DNA of 31,427 nt from a virus. Taxonomy: Duplodnaviria > Heunggongvirae > Uroviricota > Caudoviricetes. The notes beneath the pieces are model-generated. The model did no database searches. It was not told the origin of the DNA and worked only from the letters and a program-made list of their open reading frames with translations. The stretch is taken from positions 1 through 31,427 of the IMG/VR virus record IMGVR_UViG_3300005805_000054. One strand, given 5' to 3'. Made by a program: the position numbers and the translations under genes. This document shows, one piece after another, positions 18,501-25,438 of the stretch (its first letter is position 1; each line of letters starts with the position of its first letter).

Positions 18501-18814
18501 ATGCAGCCAAAACACTAGAACAGTCTTACATGGCAAACAAGCAACAAGGTAATGCCATATTTGTAAGAGCATTAAGGGACGAAATTGATAATTTCAGAAG
18601 AGGTGCTCCAATCAATGCATCTTTCCCTGAATCTGACAATGCGTCCGAGTTGGGTGATTTATTGCAAGGAAAATTAAGTAAGATTAATTTTCAGCAAGAT
18701 ATGGCGGAAGCACAGTTAGACGAAAAGTGGTCAACAAAATACAAAGACAGTATCAACTGTAGTAATCCTAAAGGCTTTAGTCAAAAAGCACATTGTCAAG
18801 GAAAAAACAAATGA
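15569..18814 (+). CDS. 1081-aa GVAE-repeat modular polyprotein-like protein
   Basis: 11 GVAE plus 1 DMAE junctions separating unrelated modules, including Zn-ribbon and Cys-containing modules. Confidence 0.85.
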   Translation: MSNILKGLQLNELSNKKLGDYKTAAGADATAADKAGDYKRGDKRMSGIIKATKKEFANDEKKKDVTESVAETLPMDDAMKVLRQYGADHFKTTSNELHFYKNGRPLSVDLIWGNEGERSVNLSQLNSATRQLKGQGVAEAGMPFRGVGGAFNRGDDERHDLDPSEWYIVKDGKMYKTSVYPNQVQQAIAQGYSRSREEAKAKADRQGVAEGSDNQEIGQQMANDGVTYSPAKENEIINLMAQYMQKAGMSSKQIRYLLSYDEDYVGDQLSFLPRQKVTEDQLDELKCWSGYHRVAGTKAGFPGSCAKNKTNEEGVAEGSEEDMSKEVKAMATGTCPHCHGPVKKKEHPTLTQYHCAKCGIRGSIDKQGVAEGSSDTVYPNAEVIKSKNGKPVGEIYQDGNSWGAFHYRADRGYDLIDSREDAIEALRDLHQETGRSRPDYTIKGVAEATGDEKFDKMIKGITGKKAVAKQQKIDTKQQARDAFGGMFGGGNPADKLGIRKKGVAEMDKSQTPPGRDGSNDPDAGKKEYTAKVTTPEKIAKHGKEILNKVLNKKQGVAEATGDAKFDTMMGNIAKPSAVKALGREEKVYELIRKYFWHKRRADLGSAVTSEHGHDRMVQKVLMALKKMNVDLSTMDPSKLKAIKGEVYEQGVAEGSKEDMSKEVKAMATGTCPHCHGPVKKKEHPTLTQYHCPKCGIRASQDKQGVAEGSTFPGPLSGREWSKVGRQIKSSQGRDSSVTSPHQRKDWYNPKDPRSSKQQKLDYLKSMKAKQGVAEEQHSCPHCGGEMVSEELMNEKKDACYYKVKSRYKVWPSAYASGALVKCRKSGADSWGDGGKKNESSILEGIEQVDENLHKWFKEKWVRFGPDGKIRGDCARGDDSEGKPKCLPQSKAQNLGKEGRASAAARKRREDPNPERSGKAINVNTKKKSNEGVAEGLDKPREAGKAIQSLKNLAIMKSALTMQQLSQAGRESIVTNAINAAKTLEQSYMANKQQGNAIFVRALRDEIDNFRRGAPINASFPESDNASELGDLLQGKLSKINFQQDMAEAQLDEKWSTKYKDSINCSNPKGFSQKAHCQGKNK
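15971..18712 (+). repeat. Interspersed in-frame 18-bp direct repeat array (consensus CAAGGTGTGGCGGAAGGC)
   Basis: Copies begin at 15971, 16184, 16505, 16667, 16895, 17069, 17228, 17513, 17675, 17876, 18356 and 18695; unit lengths 213, 321, 162, 228, 174, 159, 285, 162, 201, 480 and 339 bp. Confidence 0.92.
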
Positions 18815-18857
18815 CAGATTTTGAATTTTATTGGAATAGAAAAGGATACCCTAGATA

Positions 18858-19298
18858 ATGTTATCAGATAACTTAAAAGTATTATTAGCAAGCACACAAG
18901 CGTTTGCTATTAAAACACAAAACTTTCATTGGTGTGTAGAGGGAAGTAACTTCCCGCAGTATCACGAATTCTTTGACACACTATATGGCGATGTAAGTGC
19001 AACTATCGATCCTATTGCTGAATATATCAGAATACTTGGATCTTATACGCCTGGCAGTTTATCACGCTATGCTGAATTAAGTATTATTCAAGATCAAATA
19101 AAGATTCCCCGTGCTGAGTTAATGTTTCAAGAATCTCTACAAGACTGTGAAACAATGATCCAATTAGTTGTTGCTATGTTTGAAGAAGCGGCAAACGAAA
19201 AGCAACACGGTATCGAAAACTATATGGCTGAACTACAAGACTTGTATGGTAAGAAAGCCTGGTTCATTCGTTCTACACTAAAGAGAGAGCGTGAGTAA
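18858..19298 (+). CDS. dps: Dps/ferritin-like protein
   Basis: KTQNFHWCVEGSNFPQYHEFFDTLY...DPIAEYIRILG...KAWFIRS. Confidence 0.85.
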   Translation: MLSDNLKVLLASTQAFAIKTQNFHWCVEGSNFPQYHEFFDTLYGDVSATIDPIAEYIRILGSYTPGSLSRYAELSIIQDQIKIPRAELMFQESLQDCETMIQLVVAMFEEAANEKQHGIENYMAELQDLYGKKAWFIRSTLKRERE

Positions 19299-19489
19299 TG
19301 AAAGCGAAGGAAGTATATAAGGGTTTCAAAACTTATTCTGCTAAGATATTAGTAAAGAACCCTAATTATTCCGTTCATATGGATGCCATCGTAAACGCTA
19401 AAGATATAACGCAAGCAAGATACCTTATCAAACTACAATACAATGTAGACGATGGCAGAATAGGTACAATCAAAGAAATCAAACAATGA
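19298..19489 (+). CDS. Hypothetical protein, 63 aa
   Basis: ORF track; overlaps neighbours at start and stop. Confidence 0.65.
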   Translation: MKAKEVYKGFKTYSAKILVKNPNYSVHMDAIVNAKDITQARYLIKLQYNVDDGRIGTIKEIKQ

Positions 19490-19923
19490 AAAAAATATTA
19501 ATAACAATATTACTAGCAATTTCCACAGTAGCAATAGCACAAAAAACACCAAAAGGTGTCACATATGATGCAAATATAGTGCGTGTAAGTGATGGAGATA
19601 CAATTGTAATTGCGGCTCCGTTTCTGCCACAGCCATTAAAGCCAGAGTTAGCTGTTCGTATATACGGGGTAGATACTCCTGAAAAAGGATTTAGAGCAAA
19701 ATGCCCAGCCGAAGAGGCTAAAGGACAAGCCGCAAGCAAGTTTACTAAAGATGCAGTAGCAGCCGCACAAAAGCGTCAAGTAACACTGTATGCTTGGGAC
19801 AAGTTTGGTGGCAGAGTTTTAGGTGATATATTATTGAATGGACAAAGCCTTCGTGCTATGTTGATTCAAAATGGATTTGCAAGAGAATACTACGGAGAAG
19901 CTAAAACTTCTTGGTGTAACTAA
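19486..19923 (+). CDS. Thermonuclease/SNase-family nuclease with signal peptide
   Basis: RVSDGDT, VRIYGVDTPE, DKFGGRVLG; N-terminal MKKILITILLAISTVAIA. Confidence 0.85.
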   Translation: MKKILITILLAISTVAIAQKTPKGVTYDANIVRVSDGDTIVIAAPFLPQPLKPELAVRIYGVDTPEKGFRAKCPAEEAKGQAASKFTKDAVAAAQKRQVTLYAWDKFGGRVLGDILLNGQSLRAMLIQNGFAREYYGEAKTSWCN

Positions 19924-19999
19924 CCCACCTTAGGGCACGTTGTCGTCAACGGTTAATGGCGTCAAATAGGCGGCTGCTGCCTAAAACTATACTACGCCA
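19924..19999 (+). ncRNA. Candidate structured RNA (unassigned)
   Basis: GC-rich intergenic island with stems CCC/GGG, CGTTG/CAACG, TGGCGT/ACGCCA and nested TAGGC/GCCTA. Confidence 0.4.
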
Positions 20000-20030
20000 G
20001 GTATTGATTAAAGTGAGCATAAATACTAAT

Positions 20031-20603
20031 ATGAGATCAACAGAACTATACGAATCAGCCGTAAAACAACTAGCAAAAAAATTGCCTAGTTTAGAAAAAC
20101 ACGACTATTCTACCATTGATAGACTAATGAGAACAGTGGCTAAACAGCATAGTATTACTGGTAAAGCATTACATGATTTATTTGTTCGTAAATTTCATCT
20201 AACTCCCGACGACTGGATTAAAAACAAATTAGACGAGAGTGATGTTGATACAGAATTACAACAGGAAGTTGACAAATTCTGTGAATGGGCATGTAACAAA
20301 CTATCTATTAAAGACAAACCTCATATTGAGTTGAGTATGGATACTGAAGAAGCACAAACTAATCATCATACCGGCGGCCACATAATGGGTGATGATAAGA
20401 TTTGGGTGTATGCTAAGAACCGTAACTTAGTTGACATATTACGCACTGTATTCCATGAATTGGTTCATGTCCGTCAAGGAGAACTAGATATGATTAACCC
20501 AGGTGATAGCTATCCGGGTAGCCCAATTGAAGCAATGGCTGACCTATTGGCTGGAAAGTATATTAAGATATACGGCGAAAAGAACCATCATATCTTTCAA
20601 TAA
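20031..20603 (+). CDS. Two-module protein with C-terminal HEXXH putative metallopeptidase
   Basis: VFHELVHVRQ...EAMAD; likely start 20031 (MRSTELYE) after CATAAATA. Confidence 0.7.
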   Translation: MRSTELYESAVKQLAKKLPSLEKHDYSTIDRLMRTVAKQHSITGKALHDLFVRKFHLTPDDWIKNKLDESDVDTELQQEVDKFCEWACNKLSIKDKPHIELSMDTEEAQTNHHTGGHIMGDDKIWVYAKNRNLVDILRTVFHELVHVRQGELDMINPGDSYPGSPIEAMADLLAGKYIKIYGEKNHHIFQ

Positions 20604-20623
20604 TAATCAATCTATGCTATAAT
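20595..20623 (+). promoter_or_regulatory. Sigma70-type promoter (extended -10) for tilS
   Basis: TTTCAA-17 bp-TATAAT with TG upstream of the -10 box; ATG 6 nt later. Confidence 0.6.
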
Positions 20624-20629
20624 GCATAG

Positions 20630-21226
20630 ATGATTAAGCTTACCGTTCCCTTACCCAAACAAGTCACAGTCGCATGTAGCGGTGGCGTAGATAGTATGGC
20701 TATCGTTGACTTTCTCAAACGAAAACACGATGTAACGATTGCCCATTTTAATCATAGAACACAAAACGGTGAAAAAGCCAGTGAGTTTGTTTCCAGATAT
20801 TGCGGTGATAATAATATTGTTATGTTATACGGGTCACCTCGAAGTATGCGTGGATCAAAAGAATCAATGGAAGAATACTGGCGTAGAGAACGCTATACTT
20901 TCCTTGAAGAATTGGGGCCAGTCATCACATGTCATCATTTAGATGATTGTGTTGAAACATATATTTGGTCAAGTTTACACGGCACACCCAAAGTTATTCC
21001 ATTAACTCGCAATAATGTATTGCGCCCATTCTTAACTACTCGCAAAAGTGAATTTATTCGTTGGTGTGAGCAACACAATGTTCCCTGGATTGAAGATGAT
21101 TCAAACAAGGACACCAAATACACAAGAAATTATATTCGCAATAAAATGATGCCGCATGTACTGAAGGTAAATCCGGGTATTCATACTTTGGTAAAGAAGA
21201 TTGTAGAAAATAAGCAAAATACTTGA
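20630..21226 (+). CDS. tilS: tRNA(Ile)-lysidine synthetase, catalytic domain only
   Basis: PP-loop ACSGGVDSM, AHFNH, HHLDDCVET, RPFL, RNYIR. Confidence 0.85.
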   Translation: MIKLTVPLPKQVTVACSGGVDSMAIVDFLKRKHDVTIAHFNHRTQNGEKASEFVSRYCGDNNIVMLYGSPRSMRGSKESMEEYWRRERYTFLEELGPVITCHHLDDCVETYIWSSLHGTPKVIPLTRNNVLRPFLTTRKSEFIRWCEQHNVPWIEDDSNKDTKYTRNYIRNKMMPHVLKVNPGIHTLVKKIVENKQNT

Positions 21227-21251
21227 CTTCTTTACTGAGTCCAAGTACACT
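21223..21251 (+). promoter_or_regulatory. Sigma70-type promoter for the DNA polymerase operon
   Basis: TTGACT-17 bp-TACACT. Confidence 0.65.
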
Positions 21252-21274
21252 AACTAATTATTTAAGGAGAACCT

Positions 21275-21541
21275 ATGTCAGACTATAACCGCACTTTTAA
21301 TGGTGACGCAAAGATTAAACTAACACAACTTATCAACGAGGGCATGAGTGTCATGCATGAGATTGATACATTGCAAGGTGGATTGAACGACACTATCAAA
21401 GCAGTAGCAGAAGAACTTGAAATCAAGGCTTCCACATTGAAGAAAGCAGTTCGTATTGCCCATAAAGCAAGTCTCGGTCAAACTAACAAGGATCACGATG
21501 AACTCAACACTATCTTGGAAACAGTGGGCAAAACTCTATGA
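21275..21541 (+). CDS. Small helical protein resembling T4 DsbA-type dsDNA-binding proteins
   Basis: Size and the ELEIKASTLKKAVRIAHK segment; recognition by eye only. Confidence 0.5.
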   Translation: MSDYNRTFNGDAKIKLTQLINEGMSVMHEIDTLQGGLNDTIKAVAEELEIKASTLKKAVRIAHKASLGQTNKDHDELNTILETVGKTL

Positions 21542-24255
21542 GTTATGTGGATGCAATACATTCACGTGATGAAGATAGAATATATGTGGTTGAGAGGGAT
21601 AAAGACGGCAAGCGTCAATATAAAGAATATCCTACAAACTATGTATTGTATTACCCTGACCCTAAGGGTAAACAACGTAGTATCTATGGCAATCCGGTCA
21701 GTCGTTTCAGTACACGCAAACGCACAGAGTTTGAAAAAGAAAAACGTATTCATTCAGGTAAGAAATTATTTGAAAGTGATGTGCCTGTAGTCTTTCGCTG
21801 CCTAAGTGAAAACTATCTAGGTGTTGATGCTCCTAAGCTTCACACATGCTTTTTCGACATTGAAGTAGACTTTGATCCTGTTAAAGGATTCAGTCCCACA
21901 AGTGATCCATTCAATCCTGTAACTGCTATCAGTTGTTACTTAGATTGGCTTGACCAATGTATTACTCTTGTCATTGCTCCTAAGCATATGACAAGTGAGA
22001 CAGCAAATGAGATTGTAAATGAATTTGAAAACACAATGCTTTTCAAAACTGAGAAGGAAATGTTTGATGTTTTCTTTCAACTCATTGAAGACGCAGATGT
22101 GTTAACTGGCTGGAACAGTGAAGGCTATGATATTCCCTACATGGTCAATCGTGTTACTAGAGTAATGAGTAAAGATGACACACGCAAGTTTTGCTTGATG
22201 GGTCAACTGCCTAAGCCACGAGAATACGAACGATTCGGTAAGAGTGAAACAACTTATGACTTAGTAGGTCGTATTCACTTGGACTATCTACAGTTGTACA
22301 AAAAGTATAACTATGAATCACGACACAGTTACAAACTTGACTCTATCGGTGAGATGGAAGTCGGTGAAAACAAAACACAATATGAAGGTACTCTTGACCA
22401 ATTGTATAACAAAGACTTTAAAAAGTTCATTGAATACAACAGGCAAGATACAATGTTGTTGGTGAAGATTCACAATAAACTTAAGTTTTTAGAATTAGCT
22501 AATCAACTTGCACATGAGAATACAGTACTGCTTCCAACAGTTATGGGTTCAGTGGCAATGATTGAGATGGCAATTTTTAATGAGGCTCACGCTCGTGGGC
22601 TTGTTGTTCCAGATAAAAAACGAAAGGTTGAAAATGCAGAAGAAGTCCAGCAGGCAGCAGGTGCCTTCGTTGCTACTCCAAAAAGAGGGATGCACGAATA
22701 TGTCGGCGCAGTTGACATCAACTCGCTCTATCCCTCGGTTATTCGCGCCCTCAACATGGGCGGAGAAACAATCGTTGCACAAGTCAGACAAACACTCACA
22801 GACCAGTACATGAAAGAGAAAGGCTTACGCCTTGCTATGGAAAAGAAACGCTACAAAGATGGCGATGATGATGTAACTGGTGCTATCTTGTGGGAAGGGT
22901 TATTCAGTTGTTTAGAATACACTGCAATCATGTCACAAGAACGCGGTACTATGCTTACAGTAGACTACGAAGATGGTCGAAGTGAAGAAATGAGTGCAGC
23001 GGAGATATGGAAGATGATCTTTGATAGTCATAAGCCTTGGATGCTAAGTGCTAATGGTACTATCTTTACTTATGAAAAAGAAGGTGTTGTTCCTGGTCTG
23101 TTAACCCGCTGGTACTCAGAGCGTAAGGAAACACAGAAACTTGCTAAAGAAGCATATGGTACTGATAAGTTTGAATACTATGATAAACGACAACTTGTTC
23201 GTAAGATTTTATTGAACTCGGCATATGGTGCATTGTTGAATGAACATTGTCGCTTCTATGATAAGCGTATCGGTCAGAGTGTTACATTGAGTGGTCGTCA
23301 GATTGTTAAACATATGATGAGTCAAATCAATCAGACTGTTGCAGGTGAATATACACATGAAGGTGAAGCGATTGTGTATGGTGATACTGACTCATGCTAT
23401 TTTTCAGCATATTCTACATTGAAGCCTCAGATTGACAAAGGTGAATTGCATTGGGATAAAGATTTGTGTATTGGTCTATACGATAGTATAGCTGACGAGG
23501 CAAACAATAGTTTCCCTCAGTTTATGGAAAAAGCATTTCATGCTCCTCGCAAGAATGGTGAAATCATTAAAGCTGGTCGTGAACTTATCGGTGATCGTGC
23601 TATCTTTATGGTCAAGAAGCGTTATGCTATTAACATCTTTGATAAAGAAGGTAAGCGTAAAGACAAAGACGGACAATTAGGCGATATCAAAGCTATGGGT
23701 CTTGACTTGAAACGTGCCGACACACCTAAGTATGTACAAGAATTCTTAATGAATGTACTACAGATGGTTCTTCAACAAGGTAAAGGTCGTGAAGAAGTAA
23801 TTGAGACTATCAAAGACTTCAAACGAATACTAACTGCACAAGATAGTTGGACAAAAGGTTCACCTAAAGGTGTAAACAAACTTACATACTATGGTGACTT
23901 GGAATCAAAGGCTGCAACAGGTCGTGCTAATATGCCCGGTCACGTAAGAGCCGCACTTAATTACAATTACTTGCGTAGAGTAAACAGTGACCAATATAGT
24001 CAAAAGATTGTTGACGGTATGAAAGTTATTGTTTGTAAACTCAAATCAAATGCTTTGGGCTTTACGAGTATTGCTTATCCAGTTGATGAATTACGACTAC
24101 CCAAATGGTTTATAGAGTTACCATTCGATGATGCGGCAATGGAACAAACATTGGTCGATGAAAAGATTGATAACTTATTGGGCGTACTAGATTGGGATAT
24201 TCGTAGCAATACAGATACTAATAGCACATTCAATGATTTATTTACATTCGGGTGA
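21538..24255 (+). CDS. Family B DNA polymerase (T4 gp43-like) with 3'-5' exonuclease
   Basis: FDIE, GWNSEGYD, YNRQD exonuclease motifs; DINSLYPS, KILLNSAYG, YGDTDS polymerase motifs. Confidence 0.97.
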   Translation: MSYVDAIHSRDEDRIYVVERDKDGKRQYKEYPTNYVLYYPDPKGKQRSIYGNPVSRFSTRKRTEFEKEKRIHSGKKLFESDVPVVFRCLSENYLGVDAPKLHTCFFDIEVDFDPVKGFSPTSDPFNPVTAISCYLDWLDQCITLVIAPKHMTSETANEIVNEFENTMLFKTEKEMFDVFFQLIEDADVLTGWNSEGYDIPYMVNRVTRVMSKDDTRKFCLMGQLPKPREYERFGKSETTYDLVGRIHLDYLQLYKKYNYESRHSYKLDSIGEMEVGENKTQYEGTLDQLYNKDFKKFIEYNRQDTMLLVKIHNKLKFLELANQLAHENTVLLPTVMGSVAMIEMAIFNEAHARGLVVPDKKRKVENAEEVQQAAGAFVATPKRGMHEYVGAVDINSLYPSVIRALNMGGETIVAQVRQTLTDQYMKEKGLRLAMEKKRYKDGDDDVTGAILWEGLFSCLEYTAIMSQERGTMLTVDYEDGRSEEMSAAEIWKMIFDSHKPWMLSANGTIFTYEKEGVVPGLLTRWYSERKETQKLAKEAYGTDKFEYYDKRQLVRKILLNSAYGALLNEHCRFYDKRIGQSVTLSGRQIVKHMMSQINQTVAGEYTHEGEAIVYGDTDSCYFSAYSTLKPQIDKGELHWDKDLCIGLYDSIADEANNSFPQFMEKAFHAPRKNGEIIKAGRELIGDRAIFMVKKRYAINIFDKEGKRKDKDGQLGDIKAMGLDLKRADTPKYVQEFLMNVLQMVLQQGKGREEVIETIKDFKRILTAQDSWTKGSPKGVNKLTYYGDLESKAATGRANMPGHVRAALNYNYLRRVNSDQYSQKIVDGMKVIVCKLKSNALGFTSIAYPVDELRLPKWFIELPFDDAAMEQTLVDEKIDNLLGVLDWDIRSNTDTNSTFNDLFTFG

Positions 24256-24262
24256 ATTGCTA

Positions 24263-24291
24263 TTGCAATACGCAAAGAAATCTACTATAAT
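24263..24291 (+). promoter_or_regulatory. Sigma70-type promoter
   Basis: TTGCAA-17 bp-TATAAT; CTAAATA also at 24308-24314. Confidence 0.65.
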
Positions 24292-24332
24292 AGATAACAT
24301 AAACTGCCTAAATAGGTATACAAAGGAAAAAC

Positions 24333-25064
24333 ATGAAAGATAATTTACAAGATTTAATTCAACACACACATGGTCTCGGTAACGTAGACCTTATCAAAGT
24401 ATCCGGTACTGATACAGAGACACAAATTAACGCAGTAGCAGAAGACAAAACTGTTATCGTATCTGGAACATTAAACAGTCCAGTAGCAGACTTTATCGGA
24501 GTGTTTGGTATGCCTAACTTAGGTAAACTTAAAACAATTCTAGGCTTTGATGACTATGATACTGATGCTAAGATTAGTGTAACAACTTCTAATCGTGATG
24601 GTGTTGATATACCAACAACAATTCACTTTGAAACAAAAGATGGTTCATTTGTTAATGACTATCGTTTGATGAGCAAAGCAATTGTTGAAGAAAAAGTTAA
24701 GAGTGTTACATTCAAAGGTACTACTTGGAATGTTGAGTTTCATCCTAGCATTGCAGGTATTCAGCGATTAAAGAAACAAGCAAGTGCTAATAGCGAACAA
24801 GAACATTTTACTATGACTACTGTTAATGGTGACTTGAAAATCAACTTTGGCGATCCATCGACTCACAGCGGTAACTTTGTGTTTCAACCTACAGTTGGTG
24901 GAACATTGAGCAAGACATGGCACTGGCCCGTAAAAGTGTTTCAAGCTATCTTAGACTTACCCGGTGACAAGACAATTAGAATTGCAGATGCTGGTGCGAC
25001 TGAGATTACAGTTGACAGTGGTCTAGCAACATATCGTTACTTACTCCCAGCTAACGCAAAATGA
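24333..25064 (+). CDS. Probable sliding clamp (gp45/PCNA-like processivity factor)
   Basis: 243 aa, alpha/beta pattern, directly after the polymerase, clamp loader present in the window. Confidence 0.6.
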   Translation: MKDNLQDLIQHTHGLGNVDLIKVSGTDTETQINAVAEDKTVIVSGTLNSPVADFIGVFGMPNLGKLKTILGFDDYDTDAKISVTTSNRDGVDIPTTIHFETKDGSFVNDYRLMSKAIVEEKVKSVTFKGTTWNVEFHPSIAGIQRLKKQASANSEQEHFTMTTVNGDLKINFGDPSTHSGNFVFQPTVGGTLSKTWHWPVKVFQAILDLPGDKTIRIADAGATEITVDSGLATYRYLLPANAK

Positions 25065-25438
25065 TTGACTATATAGTTGGTGGTGAGTTCATGAATGTGA
25101 CTAGTAGTAAGGGAGCAGTCCCTTACTTGAATTCTAATCCTAATCCTATGACAGGTTCGTTAGCATTTGATTCATCTACACAAAGCATGAAAGTATTTGA
25201 TGGTAATAATTGGCAAACTGTTGGTGGCGGCAGTGCAGTGGTAAATCTAACACCTAACGCTATCAGCATACTCAAGTGGGCAGAAAAGAAGATGTTTGAA
25301 GAACAAGAGCTACAAGCATTGTGTGACAAACATCCTGCTATCAAAGACATTGTTGGTGAAATGAGAATAAGCATGGACAACTATATCAATAAGATTGAAA
25401 TGGTTAAAGCTCTAATACAAGAAGAAGTAAAAGTTTAA
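25061..25438 (+). CDS. Hypothetical protein
   Basis: ORF track; coupled start and stop overlaps. Confidence 0.7.
   Translation: MIDYIVGGEFMNVTSSKGAVPYLNSNPNPMTGSLAFDSSTQSMKVFDGNNWQTVGGGSAVVNLTPNAISILKWAEKKMFEEQELQALCDKHPAIKDIVGEMRISMDNYINKIEMVKALIQEEVKV

Noticed and set aside
15971-18712. CRISPR array interpretation of the interspersed repeat
   Set aside because: The repeat is only 12-18 bp and not palindromic, the spacers are 141-462 bp and variable, everything is in frame within a long ORF, and no cas genes are in the window.
12045-18712. Repeat core GGTGTGGCGG as a Chi site
   Set aside because: It is G-rich like Chi but does not match the E. coli Chi GCTGGTGG; with the host unknown, the claim cannot be supported.
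22750-23060. Possible intein or intron in the DNA polymerase insertion after DINSLYPS
   Set aside because: No Cys/Ser...His-Asn splice junctions or LAGLIDADG motifs, the frame is continuous, and the overall length suits a B-family polymerase.
2338-24275. Many short ORF-track frames nested in or antisense to long genes (e.g. 2338-2535, 4475-4771, 6420-6767, 7509-7916, 16885-17280, 22549-22791)
   Set aside because: They overlap well-supported genes, have no RBS or recognisable motifs, and are expected shadow frames.
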